A stretch of DNA of 64,000 nt, from assembly GCA_963744655.1 (NCBI GenBank), contig CAVUUJ010000002.1:27580-91579 (forward strand), given 5' to 3'. Source of the DNA: an uncultured bacterium (GTDB lineage Bacteria > Verrucomicrobiota > Kiritimatiellia > PWTM01). The notes under the pieces were generated by a model that was given only the letters and a program-made list of their open reading frames with translations, was not told the origin of the DNA and did no database searches. This document shows, in pieces, positions 1-11,332 of the stretch (within the stretch, counting starts at the first letter, position 1; each line of letters starts with the position of its first letter). Made by a program: the position numbers and the translations under genes.

Positions 1-71
1 TCCTCCTCGGCCAGGGCGGCGGCGCCCGCGGCGCAGGCGGCCACCAGGCAGAACAGGCGCAATGGATGCAT
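1..71 (-). CDS. 5' end of a gene for an exported protein that runs off the left edge; only the signal-peptide-like N-terminus is visible
   Basis: The reverse complement of 1-71 starts with ATG and reads MHPLRLFCLVAACAAGAAALAEE, a hydrophobic signal-like start. It is too short to assign a function. Confidence 0.3.
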   Translation of the reverse strand, partial: MHPLRLFCLVAACAAGAAALAEE

Positions 72-217
72 GAACTCGCTCCTCCCGGAAAGACGCGGCA
101 ATCGCCCCGTACGATGCAGACTGGCGCCCGCCGCGTCAATACCGCGGGCACCCCCCGGCCCCGCGCGGCAGGCTTCCCCTTGCGTGTCCCGCGCGGCCCG
201 CCGATACTCCGGCCGCG

Positions 218-300
218 GCCCGGGTGGCGGAATGGCAGACGCAACGGACTTAAAATCCGTTTTCCGAGAGGAAGTGCGGGTTCGACTCCCGCCCCGGGCA
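218..300 (+). tRNA. tRNA-Leu (anticodon UAA), type II with a long variable arm
   Basis: Cloverleaf read by eye. Acceptor GCCCGGG/CCCGGGC. Conserved Leu D region GTGGCGGAATGGCAGACGC. Anticodon stem ACGGA/TCCGT with loop CTTAAAA. Long variable arm. T arm GCGGG-TTCGACT-CCCGC. Discriminator A. CCA is not encoded. Confidence 0.9.
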
Positions 301-346
301 CCCGCCGTTCACCGCGGGGCGCGCGGCCCGCCGGGCCGCCGGCGCC

Positions 347-1540
347 CTACGCGTCGCCGGGGCCCCGCCAGAGCCCGTGCGGCTCCGACCACGACCAGCC
401 TTCCGCGTCGATGTGCGCGTCGAGCACCGGCAGGCCCCCGGCGAGCAGCTCCGCGGTCTCCTCCCACGAGCGGATGCCGCTCACCGCGTCGAGCACGCGC
501 ACGTTCTGCAGCCCGCAGCCGACGGCGTAGCGGAGCGCCTCCTCGATGCCCAGGCCGCGGAGGAACGCGCTCAGCAACCCCGCGATGGACGAGTCGCCCG
601 AGCCGGTGGCGCTGCCGAACCGGTCCGGCTTGAAGGCCGGCACCCAGAGTTCGCGGTTCGCCCAGTTGCCGGGGTCGCCCGGTTTCGCGGCGCCCAGCCC
701 GGCGAAGCGCTCTTCCGGCCCGGTCTTTATGTAGAAGCCGCGGCGGCCCGCCTTGAGGGTGGCCATCCTGCACCCCAGGGCGAGCAGCTCGTCGGCCAGG
801 GCCGAGTAGCCCGCGGGGTCGACCGCGTCGATCAGCTCGGCGTTGCCGTGCCGCGCCTTCATCTCGAGGAAGGTGTCCGGGTGCAGCATGTAGAGCGTCT
901 CCTCGAGCGAGGGGACGAAGATATCCACGTAGGGCAGCACGCGGGCGAGGATCGCGCGCCAGGGCGCCTTGCCGGACGCGGAGGCGGGGTCGGGGAGGGT
1001 CATGTCGCAGGACGTCGTCGCGCCCGCCTCCTTGGCGACCCGGAACACCTGCTCCAGGCCGCGGCCCTCTCCGGCGAACATCCGCTCCATCAGCGGCGGG
1101 TAGCCGAAGTGGAAGTGGCGGCACCGGGCGATCAGCGCCGGGTCCAGGTCCTTCGCGTCGAACCGGTTGTTCGTGCCCGGGTTGTGCAGGAAGATGCGGT
1201 CGATGCCGGGGGGCGCGATCACGACCGTGTACGAGCTGCCCTCCCCCTCCCGGACGCGCAGCCCCTCGGCGTTGCCGCTCTCGCGCAGGCGGTCGGCCGT
1301 CACCCGCCCCAGCGCGTCGTCCCCGACGCAGGCGCAGAAACAGACGCGACTGCCCAGGGTCTTCATGTTGATGCCCGTGTTGGACACCGGGCCGCCGGTG
1401 CTGACCGCGGCCTCGCCCACGTTGACGAGCTTGCCGGGGGTCATGATCTGCTCGATGCGCGACAGGCCCGAGTCGGCGAAACGGGGAATGATATCGAGGC
1501 ACAGGTGCCCCGCCACCATGATGTCGTAGGTTTCGGCCAT
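347..1540 (-). CDS. PfkB/ribokinase-family carbohydrate kinase
   Basis: 397-aa ORF (MAETYDIMVAGHLCLDIIP...) with a PfkB-type C-terminal motif (ATGSGDSSIAG). There is an SD-like GGGAGGGG upstream. The start lies 4 nt after the GH38 stop, so the two are probably co-transcribed. Confidence 0.85.
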   Translation of the reverse strand: MAETYDIMVAGHLCLDIIPRFADSGLSRIEQIMTPGKLVNVGEAAVSTGGPVSNTGINMKTLGSRVCFCACVGDDALGRVTADRLRESGNAEGLRVREGEGSSYTVVIAPPGIDRIFLHNPGTNNRFDAKDLDPALIARCRHFHFGYPPLMERMFAGEGRGLEQVFRVAKEAGATTSCDMTLPDPASASGKAPWRAILARVLPYVDIFVPSLEETLYMLHPDTFLEMKARHGNAELIDAVDPAGYSALADELLALGCRMATLKAGRRGFYIKTGPEERFAGLGAAKPGDPGNWANRELWVPAFKPDRFGSATGSGDSSIAGLLSAFLRGLGIEEALRYAVGCGLQNVRVLDAVSGIRSWEETAELLAGGLPVLDAHIDAEGWSWSEPHGLWRGPGDA

Positions 1541-1544
1541 CGTC

Positions 1545-4382
1545 TTACGCCCCTCCCGCGGTCCGTGCCTGCCGGCGCTCGACGGCGACGCGCACGGTGA
1601 TGATCTTCTTCGCGCCCACCCGGAGCGGGATGCGCCGCTTCTCCCGGACGGCCAGCGCCTCGGCGGGCGCCTCGAGCAGGTCCGCCCGGGCGGCCCCGGT
1701 CACGTCGCCGCCCAGCACCAGTTCGCCCTCCACGGTGTCCGCGGTCGGGTTGAACAGGCGGACGACCAGGTCGTCGCCCTCGTCGGCCTTCTTGCACGCC
1801 GAGAGCACGAGCCCGTCGCCCCGGAGCTCCAGGAAGCCGGCCTCGCAGGGCCGGGTGCCCTGCTGGCGCCCGATCTGCGCCACGCGCAGGGGGGAGCGGA
1901 AGGCCGCCGCGCGGGGCAGCACCCCCCCCGCCTGCCAGCCGCCCGCGTGGACCAGCAGGCCGTAGCGGGCCGTGTGCCGGCCCGGGGACTGCGCGCTCTC
2001 GTCGCCCGGGTAGTCGACCCACTTGCGGTTGTCGACGGGAATCCGCAGCGGCACGCCGCGCACGAAGCTCAGGAGGAAGACGCCGCGCGCGGGGTCGGTG
2101 ACCTCGTAGTCGCTCAGCGCGTCGCTCAGCAGCGTCAGCCCGTCCTTCCCGTCCGACAGCGACACGAAGCCGTGCAGCTGGTGCCGGGCCAGTTCCTGGC
2201 CGCGGAAGGCGCCGTCGCGCGTCGGCGCCGCGGCGTACTCGTTCACGTCGAACACCCCGCCGGCGGCGGACACTTCGGCCTTCAGGCCCGTGTCGAACCC
2301 GATCCGCAGGAAGTGGTCCCGCACGCGGTTGTCGACCGTCGAAACGATCTCGACCACGGGAGAGTCCCTGCGCAGCGTGATCTCCGAGCGGACCGGCACG
2401 TCCGTTTGCGGCGCGCCGCGGGCCTGGCGGACCCGGTCGTAGCCGTCCGGCAGCCGCAGGACCGTCTCGACCTCGAACCGGGCCTCCAGGGGGCTGTCGA
2501 GCGTGCAGGCGATCTGCGCGGGCCCACCCCGCGTGGAGAGGACGCGGTCGTGGGCGGGGGGCCGGTGGAAGTAGAGGTTGCCGCTCTCGCCGGCGTCCAC
2601 GAAGTAGTTCAACCCGCGGTGCACGCGGCCGGTCGCCCGGTTCGTGAGCTCCAGCGTGCCGTCGTCCGCGATCGCCAGCGCGACCCACTCGTTGACGGCA
2701 CGCCGGCCGCTGCCGTCGCCGAGCGTTTCGAACGGGACGGCGAGCGGGTCCCAGTCCTCGTGGGGATACGGGTACAGGCTGCGCTCCGTCCACGCGACCC
2801 GGAAGGTCTTGTAGCCGACCGCGGGGATGTCGCGGGCCTCGAAGAGGACCTGGAACCGGTGGACGTAGAACGGCATGTTGCGGCTGCGCGGGTGGTACAC
2901 CGCGGCGCGGTCCTCCTCCCGCGCCACCAGGTGCACGGGCACGGGCCGGCCCGCCGGGTCCAGGAGGGACAGGGCGTCGACGTTCGCTTCGCGCGGCACG
3001 TCGATGCAGGCCTCGACCACCCCGCTGCGGGGGAAAGCGCAGCCGTTGAACACCGTGAGGAAGACCTCGCCCTCCTCCGCGCCGGCCGTGTGCACGTCCG
3101 CCGCCAGGTGCCGCATCGACTCGACCGCCACGTTCTCGGCGATCACGCCGGCCTGCCGGAGGCGGTTGCCGATGTCCTCGCACATGCCGGCCGGCCCCAC
3201 GCCGTGGAGCGAGTCGTGCGCCTGCGAGAGGAAGAGGTAGCGCAGCGCCCGCTCGATGGACCGCGCGGGATACGGCGCGCCCCCCGCCCACGCGGCGGCG
3301 GCCAGCGGCTCTGCCAGGTGGAAGAGCCGGCTCTCGGCGAGCGTGTTGGCGCGCTTGAGCGCGGGGTGAACGGAGCACACGTCCGTCTGGATCGCGCCGA
3401 CGGGACCGTCCTTCATCTCGCCGGTCACGACGTCCAGGCCACGGTCCGCGAGCAGCGGCTTGACGGCCTCCGCGTACGCGTCCAGCGTGCTGTGGACCAC
3501 CTCGTACGCGTCCCCCGCCTCCTCGTCGGCCGCCCGGATGATCTCCGGCATCAGCGGGTGCGGCTCCGTGAAGTCCGTGCCGTCCCAGAACAGCAGGTGC
3601 TCGGGAACCGCCGTGGTCGAGACCGTGGCCAGCGTGCGCTCGAGCCCGTCCCGGACCCGCTTGCGGTCGAAGGACGTGAGGGGCCGCGTGATGAAGTGGA
3701 AGCCGGCGCGGTGCTCCGGCTCGCAGAGGTGGAACGCCGCGCCCAGCGTGCCGGGCCGGTACTGCCAGTCCTTGTGCCACGGGTCCAGGCCGTAAACGAT
3801 CGGGATGTGGCCGGCGAACAGGAAGTTCCAGCGGCCCTCCCGGCCCAGCCGCGTGGCCCAGGCCCGCGTGCCGTCGGGGGCCTCCCACGCGAACTCGTCG
3901 AAGCGCGAACGGGCGCGGTTCATGTGCTTGTAGAAGAAGATGAAGTCGATGCCGAAACCGGCGTAGATCTGCGGCAGCTGCGCGATCTGGCCGAACGAGA
4001 ACACGTTGTAGCCGAGTTCCATGGCGCCACCGTAGGCGCGGGCCTTCCCCAGGCCGGTGGCCAGGTTGCGCACGAGCGACTCGCCGTGGATCGACGAACT
4101 GTCCGGCAGCGTGTACCACGGGCCGAGCCGCAGGCGCCCCTCCGCGGCCAGCCGGCGGATCCGTTCTTCCTGCTCGGGGCGGATTTCGAGGTAGTCGTCG
4201 ACGAGGACGAACTGGCCGTCCAGGGTGTAGTGGCGGTAGCCGGGATCACGCTCCATCGTCTCGAGGAGGCAGTCCCACAGCCGGACGAGCCACGTGCGCG
4301 TGGTCTCGAAGTCGAAACGGAACTCGCGGTCCCAGTGCGTGTACGAAACGACGTGGATCCTGGCCTTGCCGCCCTTGCCCAT
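1545..4382 (-). CDS. Glycoside hydrolase family 38 (alpha-mannosidase / mannosylglycerate hydrolase-like)
   Basis: 945-aa reading frame starting MGKGGKARIHVVSYTHWDREFRFDFETTRTW, a GH38 N-terminal metal-site-like motif. GGAGG lies just upstream. The ORF-track version extending to 6659 is non-coding read-through upstream of this start. Confidence 0.85.
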   Translation of the reverse strand: MGKGGKARIHVVSYTHWDREFRFDFETTRTWLVRLWDCLLETMERDPGYRHYTLDGQFVLVDDYLEIRPEQEERIRRLAAEGRLRLGPWYTLPDSSSIHGESLVRNLATGLGKARAYGGAMELGYNVFSFGQIAQLPQIYAGFGIDFIFFYKHMNRARSRFDEFAWEAPDGTRAWATRLGREGRWNFLFAGHIPIVYGLDPWHKDWQYRPGTLGAAFHLCEPEHRAGFHFITRPLTSFDRKRVRDGLERTLATVSTTAVPEHLLFWDGTDFTEPHPLMPEIIRAADEEAGDAYEVVHSTLDAYAEAVKPLLADRGLDVVTGEMKDGPVGAIQTDVCSVHPALKRANTLAESRLFHLAEPLAAAAWAGGAPYPARSIERALRYLFLSQAHDSLHGVGPAGMCEDIGNRLRQAGVIAENVAVESMRHLAADVHTAGAEEGEVFLTVFNGCAFPRSGVVEACIDVPREANVDALSLLDPAGRPVPVHLVAREEDRAAVYHPRSRNMPFYVHRFQVLFEARDIPAVGYKTFRVAWTERSLYPYPHEDWDPLAVPFETLGDGSGRRAVNEWVALAIADDGTLELTNRATGRVHRGLNYFVDAGESGNLYFHRPPAHDRVLSTRGGPAQIACTLDSPLEARFEVETVLRLPDGYDRVRQARGAPQTDVPVRSEITLRRDSPVVEIVSTVDNRVRDHFLRIGFDTGLKAEVSAAGGVFDVNEYAAAPTRDGAFRGQELARHQLHGFVSLSDGKDGLTLLSDALSDYEVTDPARGVFLLSFVRGVPLRIPVDNRKWVDYPGDESAQSPGRHTARYGLLVHAGGWQAGGVLPRAAAFRSPLRVAQIGRQQGTRPCEAGFLELRGDGLVLSACKKADEGDDLVVRLFNPTADTVEGELVLGGDVTGAARADLLEAPAEALAVREKRRIPLRVGAKKIITVRVAVERRQARTAGGA

Positions 4383-4568
4383 CGTTCCTCCCCCCCGCCG
4401 GCGGCCCTCGGCCGATGCCGGCGGACGCGAGCCTGCCAGCGGCGGGCCCGGAGCGCAAGACCGGCATCGCGGCGCTTGCCCCGCCCGCGCCGGGTCGGGT
4501 ATACCGGACCCGCCGGCCGGTGTGTTCGCGAAGGGCGGGCACGGGTCCGGCCACCCGCGAGGATCCGC

Positions 4569-6914
4569 GTGAAGAACACCGCGACCGCCGAACCGCTCCC
4601 CTCCCTCACCGCCGGCCACGGCCTGCCGGGCCGCCAGATCAGCCTCTCCGACGGCAGGACCTCCCTGCGGCTGGACGCCGGGCAGCAGGGGTTCGACCTG
4701 CTCGCGCACTACGCGCCGGACTCCTGGTTCCGGTTCTCCCGCGTGCTCCAGGCCGACGGCGCCGCCATGCGGTGGACCGTCGACGGGGCGCCGCACCCGT
4801 TCGACTGGACCGAGGTCTGGCCCTTCGGCTACCGCAACCGCGAGGAGCGGGCCGGCGCCACCGTCGCGAGCGAGTGCGTCGTCGAGCAGGGCGTGGTCCT
4901 CTGGCGCCTGTCCGGCGTGCGGGACGAGGCCGTGCTGACCCTCCCCCGCCGCATGCTCGCCGACCACCACGCGCAGGCCGGCGGCGAGGAGGTCGAAACG
5001 GGCGCGTGGACCCTGCCCCGGCCGGACGCGCGCGGCCCGTGGCGCGCGGTGCGGCAGGAGACCTGGCTGTTCCGCGACACGTCCACCTTCTCCGGCCTCG
5101 CCGGCAAGACCGTGCCGTCGAAGTGGTGTTCCTCGCGCCTCCACCTCGTGATCCGTTCCGGCACCGGGCTGCGCGTGACCGAGACCGACGGGGTCCTGTC
5201 CTTCCGCCTCGCCCCGGCCGACGGCGAAGCGGCGCTGGTCCTGGCCCTGGGCTCGACCCGCAGGGAGGCGGAGCAGGCGGCGAGGCAGGCCCTCGCCGAC
5301 GGCCCGCAGGTGCTGGCGCGGCAGATGAAGCGCTACGCCCGGGTGGACGGCGCCGCGCCCCGGCTCGACTTCGGACGGCACACGGCCATGGCCCGGTTCT
5401 TCCGGCTCGAGCCGCTCTACATGGAAAGCATGCGCATCCGCGACGACATGGGCGCGTTCAAGGCCAACAACGACTACTACTGGGTGTGGGGCTGGGACAT
5501 GACGCGGCCCGCCTTCGGCCTGCTCTGCGGCAACCGGCGCGACATGGTCAAGGGCCTGCTCGAGCTGCGGTTCGCGCACGGCTGCATCGACCAGTACGAC
5601 AACACCCTGCGCAAGGACCAGCGGGCCGGCTCCCACCGACCGGGCGCTCTGGAATGCCTGCTGCTCCACGACTACCTGGCCTGGAGCGGGGACGAGGCGG
5701 GCGTCAGGCGCTGGCTGCCGCAGTACGTCCGGGCGGCGAAGGCGCTCGCGGCGGAACCCGACCCCACCGGCATGGGCACGGGGACCGCCGCCTCCACCGA
5801 CTTCCCGGAGGAGTTCGGCCGCACCTTCCCCGCCCGGCTGGCCTACCGGGCCGCCTGGCTCTACGGCGGGCTGCTCGGGCTGGAGAAGGTCCTGCGCCGC
5901 TTCGGCGAGGCGGACGTCGCCGACCGCATCCTGGAGCGGGCCCTCCGTATGCGCCGCCACTTCGTGCCCGTGTTCTGGAACGAACAGACCGGCTTCTGGA
6001 ACGAGGGCGTGCATCCCGAGAACCCGGACCTGCTCTGCGACATCCCGCTGTCCACCGCGCTGGCCGCCATGGACAGCCCCTACGGCGAGGACCTGTACGG
6101 CGGGAAGCTGCTCGAGTCGGCGCGCTTCGCGACGCGCGAGTTCCTGCGCGACGACGGCGTGCACATCACCCGCCGAGGGGAGGTGCGCGGCTGGAAGGAG
6201 TGGACGCGGCAGGCGAACAACTGGTTCGCCGCGAACGACACCATGCTCGCCCGCCTCTTCCGGGCGGTGGGCGACACCCGCTCGCTGGAGCGCCTCTTCT
6301 ACCTCTACGAGATCAACTTCGGCTACCAGCCGGCGGCGTTCGAGGGCAAACCGTTCCGCCGGCCGCTGCTCACCTCCGGCTCGTGGCAGGCCTTCGGCGC
6401 GGCGTCGTGGTACCGCAACCTGGTGGAAGCCGCCGCCGGGCTCTGGGTAGACCTCGGCGGCGCCGGCATCATGCCCGGCGGACTCGGCGAACCCGTGCAC
6501 CTCTCGGGGGTCCGGGTGCGCGGCGCCGTGCTGGACGTCCGGGCGTCGGGGCAAGGCGCGTGGCCGCGCTCGCTCACCCTCGACGGCCAACCCGTGGTGG
6601 GCACCACCAAGCTGCCCCCGCTGAGGGCGGGCGCCCACCGCATCGAGGTCGAGTACCACACCGCCGCGCCGCCGGCCCCGCTGCTGACCCTGGCGGTCGA
6701 TGCCGAGGTGCGGAGCGCCCGGGTCGAGGGCCGCACCCTGGAGGTCGTGCTGAAAGGCCGCGGCTACACCCCCGTTTCCTTCTTCTCGCCGGGCCCGCCC
6801 GCCGTGGCGTGCGACGGGGAAGCGCTGCCCGCGGAATACGACGCCGCCACGGGACGCGGAAGGGCGCGGTGCATGCTCGCGGGCAAGGCCACGCTGACCA
6901 TCGCCTCGGCCTAG
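4569..6914 (+). CDS. Six-hairpin (alpha/alpha)6 glycosidase-like protein of the GDE_C / amylo-alpha-1,6-glucosidase-like family
   Basis: The last 782 codons of ORF 1947..6914 have coding character. GTG at 4569 is the first plausible start after the divergent intergenic region. The motif [20 protein letters not shown] resembles the WGRD region of GDE_C-type enzymes. The family assignment is from memory only. Confidence 0.6.
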   Translation: MKNTATAEPLPSLTAGHGLPGRQISLSDGRTSLRLDAGQQGFDLLAHYAPDSWFRFSRVLQADGAAMRWTVDGAPHPFDWTEVWPFGYRNREERAGATVASECVVEQGVVLWRLSGVRDEAVLTLPRRMLADHHAQAGGEEVETGAWTLPRPDARGPWRAVRQETWLFRDTSTFSGLAGKTVPSKWCSSRLHLVIRSGTGLRVTETDGVLSFRLAPADGEAALVLALGSTRREAEQAARQALADGPQVLARQMKRYARVDGAAPRLDFGRHTAMARFFRLEPLYMESMRIRDDMGAFKANNDYYWVWGWDMTRPAFGLLCGNRRDMVKGLLELRFAHGCIDQYDNTLRKDQRAGSHRPGALECLLLHDYLAWSGDEAGVRRWLPQYVRAAKALAAEPDPTGMGTGTAASTDFPEEFGRTFPARLAYRAAWLYGGLLGLEKVLRRFGEADVADRILERALRMRRHFVPVFWNEQTGFWNEGVHPENPDLLCDIPLSTALAAMDSPYGEDLYGGKLLESARFATREFLRDDGVHITRRGEVRGWKEWTRQANNWFAANDTMLARLFRAVGDTRSLERLFYLYEINFGYQPAAFEGKPFRRPLLTSGSWQAFGAASWYRNLVEAAAGLWVDLGGAGIMPGGLGEPVHLSGVRVRGAVLDVRASGQGAWPRSLTLDGQPVVGTTKLPPLRAGAHRIEVEYHTAAPPAPLLTLAVDAEVRSARVEGRTLEVVLKGRGYTPVSFFSPGPPAVACDGEALPAEYDAATGRGRARCMLAGKATLTIASA

Positions 6915-6969
6915 AGCACGCCGGACCGGCCGGCCCCGCCCGCCCGCCGCGCCGCGGGTCCGGGACGCG

Positions 6970-9151
6970 CTACCCGCCCGGCCGGCCCGCGTCCCCGAGC
7001 CGTTCCGCCAGCTCGGCCGGGGTGTGGGCCGGGGCCAGGCAGGCGTAGTTCTCGCACACGAAGGCAGTGGGCCTTCCGTCGACCGGCCGCTGCGCGGCCA
7101 GGAACGGCACCAGGCCCGCGATGGCCGGCGCGTCGCCCGGCGGCCGGTGCAGCACGACCGAGCGCGGCAGGAACCGGCGACGGACCTCCGCCAGCAGGGC
7201 CGCGGTTCCGGGCGCCGCGCGGTCGCCGGCGATCACGATCTCGCGCACCGGACCGACCTGGAAATCGAGCGCCTGGAGCGCGTGGGCGCCTGCCGTGCCG
7301 CCGGCCTGCCGGAGCAGGCCCGCGAAGCTCTCCAGCGACGCCGCGGCCTCCGCGCGGTAGTCGTCCCGCTGCAGCATCACCCCCAGCCGGTGCAGCACGA
7401 AGGCCGCCGCCGCGTTGCCCGAAGGCAGGGCGCCGTCGTAGACCGGCTTGGGACGGAAGATCAGTTCCGTGCCGGCGGGCACCTGGAAGAAGCCGCCTTC
7501 GGCTTCGTCCCGGAAGGACGACCGCATGGCGTCCGCGGTGCGGCGCGCCTCGTCCAGCCAGCGCGGGTCGAAGGTCGTCTCGTAGAGCTCGACCAGGCCC
7601 CACGCCAGGAACGCGTGGTCGTCCAGCAGGCCGGGCAGCCCGGCGCGGCCGGCGCGGTACCGGTGCAGGAGCGCGCCGTCCGCCGTCCGCAGGCGCGCCA
7701 GCACGAACGTCGCCGCCTCGACGGCGGCGGCGGTGTAGCGTTCCTCGCCCAGCACGCGGCCGGCAAGCGCGAAGCTGCCCAGCATGAGCCCGTTCCAGTC
7801 GGTCAGGACCTTGTCGTCGTGGAGCGGCTGGACGCGGCGGTCGCGCACCGCCAGCAGCCTGGCGCGCGCGGCCGCGATCCGCGCCTCCCCCCCGGGGCCG
7901 GGCCGGCGGGCGGCGTCCCCGGGGCCGGGGCGCCGCTGCAGGTGGTTCGCCCCGGGGATCCCGGGGAAGTTGCCCTCCGGCGTGACGGGGTAGCGGGCCG
8001 CGAAGAGTTCGAAGTCCCCGCCCAGCGCCGCCTGCACCTCCGCCCGGGTCCACAGGTAGCACGTGCCCTCCACGCCCTCGCTGTCCGCGTCCCACGCCGA
8101 GGTGAACCCGCCCTCCGCGTCGCGCATGCGCCGCAGCACGAAGTCGAGCGTCTCGCGGGCAACCGCCGCGTAGTCCTCGCGGCCGGTGACCTGGTAGGCC
8201 TCGAGAAACGCGCGCGCGAGCCCGGCCTGGTCGTACAGCATCTTCTCGAAGTGGGGGATCCGCCAGTCGGGGTCGACCGTGTAGCGGTGGAAGCCGCCCG
8301 CGAGATGGTCGCGCAGGCCGCCGGACAGGATCGCGTCCAGCGTGCGGGTCGCCGCGCGCAGGGGCGGCGCTTCGCCCGTGCGGGCGTGGGCCCGCAGGAG
8401 GAGGCCGACCTGGTGCGGGGACGGGAAACGGGGGCCGTCCCCGAAGCCGCCGCGCCGGGCGTCGAAGCGGGCGAGCAACTGCGCCACGCCGGCCGCCACC
8501 TCCGCCTCCCCCGGTGCGCCGCCCGCACCGGGGCCGGCCGCATCGCGGAGGTGGCGCGTGATCGAGGCGGCGCTCTCGAGCACGTCCCCGCGCCGCGCCG
8601 ACCAGGCCTCCCGGATGCCCGCCAGCAGGTCCAGCAGCCCCGGGCGGCCGAACCGGCTCTCCTTCGGGAAGTACGTCCCGCCGTAAGAACGGTTTCCGGT
8701 CCGGCGTGAGGAACACCGTCAACGGCCAGCCGCCCGAGCCCGTGAGCGCCTGCACCGCCGCCATGTAGATCTCGTCCACGTCGGGCCGCTCCTCGCGGTC
8801 GACCTTGATCGACACGAAATGCCCGTTGAGGTAGGCCGCCACCTCCGCGTCCTCGAAGGCTTCGTGCTCCATGACGTGGCACCAGTGGCAGGTGGCGTAC
8901 CCGATCGAGAGGAAGACGGGCCGGTCCTGCTCGCGGGCCCGGTCGAAGGCCGCATCGCCCCAGGGGTACCAGTCCACGGGGTTGTCGGCATGCTGCAGCA
9001 GGTACGGGCTCTGCTCGCGGGCCAGGCGGTTGGACACGTGCGGCTCCTCCCTCCCCGCCGCCGGGGCGGCGGGGCTCCCGTCCGGCCCGGCCGCCGAGGC
9101 CCCGAAGGCCAAGAGCAGGACGGCCGGCCATGCTGGCCGGCAGGCGGACAT
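6970..9151 (-). pseudogene. Thioredoxin-domain protein of the YyaL/DUF255 family (N-terminal thioredoxin fold plus six-hairpin domain), interrupted by one frameshift
   Basis: The N-terminus (ORF 6911..9151 frame) has a signal peptide and ...[18 protein letters not shown]...[16 protein letters not shown]...[16 protein letters not shown]. The rest continues in the 6970..8583 frame ([18 protein letters not shown]..., [13 protein letters not shown]...). The switch fits one extra base at about 8685 (minus strand reads TTC TTA C where TTC TAC is expected). Confidence 0.8.
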
Positions 9152-9227
9152 CGCGGGGTTCCGATCCGGCCCACTATACCCCGGGCCGGCGACCCGCGCC
9201 GGAACGAAGCGGCCGTTTTCGCGCGGG

Positions 9228-10385
9228 TCAGCCCGGGCGGGCCGACGGGAACCGGCGGGCCGTTCGCAGGCAGATGCGCACGAGCATCAGCATGACGGGC
9301 ACCTCGATCAGCACGCCGACCACGGTGGCGAGCGCCGCGCCCGAGGACAGACCGAAGAGCATCGTGGCCGTCGCGATCGCCACCTCGAAGTGGTTCGAGG
9401 CGCCGATCATCGCCGAGGGCGCCGCGTCCTCGTAGCGCAACCCGAGCCGGCGGGCCAGCCAGTAGCCGAGCCAGAAGACCAGGTTCGTCTGCACGAAGAG
9501 CGGTATCGCGATCCAGAGGATCGTGAGCGGGTTGGCCAGGATGACGTCCCCCTTGAAGGAGAAGAGCAGCACGAGCGTCACCAGCAGCGCGGCGACGGTG
9601 ACGGGCGTCAGCACGTGGAGGAAGGTCCGGTCGAACCAGGCCCGGCCCTTGCGCGCGATGATCAGGCGGCGCGATGCGTACCCCGACGCGAGCGGCAGGG
9701 CCACGTAGACGCCGATCGAGAGCAGGAGCGCCTGCCACGGGACCGGCAGCCGCCCGACGCCCAGAAGCCACCCGCCCAGCGGCCCGTAGAGCAGCAGCAT
9801 GGTCAGCGAGTTGATCGCCACCATGACCAGCGTGTGGCCCGCGTTGCCCCGCGCCAGGTGGCCCCAGACGAGCACCATCGCCGTGCACGGCGCGATGCCC
9901 AGCAGGATGCAGCCGGCCAGGTAGCTGCGCCAGAGCGGGATGGCGAGCGCCTTCGCCCCCTCGTGCAGGACCACGGTCCCCGCGCCGTGCGTCGCGCCGA
10001 CGGGCAGGTCGAGCCCGAAAGGCATCTTCACGTAGTCGAGCGCGTCCGCCCCGATGAAGCCGCGGAAGAGCACGCCGAGGAAGAACAGGGCCAGGGCGTA
10101 CATGGTGAACGGTTTCACGGCCCAGTTGACGAACAGCGTGAGACCCACCGGCTTCACGCTCCGCCCCGCCTTCAGCACCTCCGCGAAGTCGATCTTCACC
10201 ATGATGGGGTACATCATCAGGAAGAGGCAGACGGCGATCGGGATCGAGACGACCGGCGCGCCGTTGACCGTGACCGCCATCCCTTCGAGCGAGCGGGCGA
10301 GCCCCGGCGCGACGCGGCCCAGCAGAATGCCCGCGGCAATACTGAGCAGGACCCACACGGTCAGGTACCGCTCGAACCGACTCAT
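9228..10385 (-). CDS. acr3: ACR3-family arsenite efflux permease
   Basis: [23 protein letters not shown]... with about 10 predicted TM segments and typical ACR3 motifs ([22 protein letters not shown]). It lies downstream of arsC. Confidence 0.9.
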   Translation of the reverse strand: MSRFERYLTVWVLLSIAAGILLGRVAPGLARSLEGMAVTVNGAPVVSIPIAVCLFLMMYPIMVKIDFAEVLKAGRSVKPVGLTLFVNWAVKPFTMYALALFFLGVLFRGFIGADALDYVKMPFGLDLPVGATHGAGTVVLHEGAKALAIPLWRSYLAGCILLGIAPCTAMVLVWGHLARGNAGHTLVMVAINSLTMLLLYGPLGGWLLGVGRLPVPWQALLLSIGVYVALPLASGYASRRLIIARKGRAWFDRTFLHVLTPVTVAALLVTLVLLFSFKGDVILANPLTILWIAIPLFVQTNLVFWLGYWLARRLGLRYEDAAPSAMIGASNHFEVAIATATMLFGLSSGAALATVVGVLIEVPVMLMLVRICLRTARRFPSARPG

Positions 10386-10410
10386 GCCGCCCCGCGGCGG
10401 CGTGTTCCGC

Positions 10411-10857
10411 TCACGCATCGCGCACCACCCCCAGCCCCTCCGGCAGGCCCTCCACGAAGGCCCGGATCTCGTCGCGCACGCGGCGGTACGGCGCGAGCGC
10501 CTGCTCCTCGGTCGCCGCCCCCGCCGCCAGCCGCGGCGGGTCGTCGAAGCCCGCGTGCACGATGCGGGCCGACGCGCCCAGCCAGGCCGGGCAGGTCTCG
10601 TGCGCGTGCCCGCAGACGGTCACGACCACGTCGAACGCCCGGCCGGCCAGCTCGTCCACGCCTTTCGAGCGCTGGCCCGAGATATCCACGCCCGCCTCGG
10701 CCATGACCCGCACCGCGCGCGGGTTGAGCCCGTGGGGCTCGATCCCGGCGGAGTGCGCCTCGAGGACGCCGCCCCGCAGGTGCCGCGCCCAGCCCTCGGC
10801 CATCTGGCTGCGGCACGAGTTGCCCGTGCAGAGAAACAGGATCCGCGTCCTCTTCAT
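10411..10857 (-). CDS. arsC: Arsenate reductase, LMW-PTPase type
   Basis: [23 protein letters not shown]... carries the CX5R P-loop. A 4-nt ATGA overlap joins it to the upstream arsR. Confidence 0.9.
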   Translation of the reverse strand: MKRTRILFLCTGNSCRSQMAEGWARHLRGGVLEAHSAGIEPHGLNPRAVRVMAEAGVDISGQRSKGVDELAGRAFDVVVTVCGHAHETCPAWLGASARIVHAGFDDPPRLAAGAATEEQALAPYRRVRDEIRAFVEGLPEGLGVVRDA

Positions 10858-11258
10858 CGCGGACCCCCGGCGGCGCCGCGGCTCCGCCTCCGGCGGCAGA
10901 GGGCCTCCCGGCCCTCGCGGCCGATCGCCGCGAGACGCCGCCGGTCCCGGGCGAGCCCCGCGTCCGGCGCGAGCGCCTCGAGCGCCGCGGCGGCGCAGCG
11001 CGCCGCCGCCGCAGCGTCCGGGGCGCGTGGCCGGTAGTGCATCCAACGGCCCTCCTTGCGGGTTGCCGCCAGCCCCGCCGCGCGAAGCACCGCGAGGTGC
11101 CGCGAGACCGTCGAGGGGGCGAGACCCACGAGGGCCGTCAGCTCGCACGCGCAGCGCTCCCCGCCCTGCAGCGCGGCAAAGAGGCGCGCCCGCGTCGGAT
11201 CGCCCAGCGCCCGAAACACGCTCGTCACCGGGTCCAATGCATTTCGTTGTTTCGCCAT
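10854..11258 (-). CDS. arsR: ArsR/SmtB-family transcriptional repressor
   Basis: MAKQRNALDPVTSVFRALGDPTRARLFAALQGGERCACELTALVGLAPSTVSRHLAVLRAAGL shows a wHTH with an ELCVCDL-like CAC metal site. I prefer ATG at 11258 over the track's TTG at 11270. Confidence 0.85.
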   Translation of the reverse strand: MAKQRNALDPVTSVFRALGDPTRARLFAALQGGERCACELTALVGLAPSTVSRHLAVLRAAGLAATRKEGRWMHYRPRAPDAAAAARCAAAALEALAPDAGLARDRRRLAAIGREGREALCRRRRSRGAAGGPR

Positions 11259-11273
11259 ATGACGAAACAATAC
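11243..11273. promoter_or_regulatory. AT-rich imperfect inverted repeat spanning the arsR start; candidate ArsR operator
   Basis: TCGTTGTTTCG-N8-CGAAACAATA (9/10 complementary) in an otherwise GC-rich context, overlapping the arsR ATG. Confidence 0.4.
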
Positions 11274-11332
11274 GCCCCGGACCGCGCCGTGTCAACGGCC
11301 TGGCGCCGGCCAAGGACCCCGGCGCGCGGCGG

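Noticed and set aside
1441-6659. Very long ORFs overlapping the GH38 gene: 1441..4119 minus (892 aa), 1947..4568 plus (part of the 1655-aa ORF), and the N-terminal 759 aa of ORF 1545..6659.
   Set aside because: The translations are Arg/Pro/Gly/Ala-rich low-complexity text, typical of off-frame or antisense shadows in about 70% GC DNA. The GH38 and glycosidase frames carry the recognisable motifs and the SD-preceded starts.
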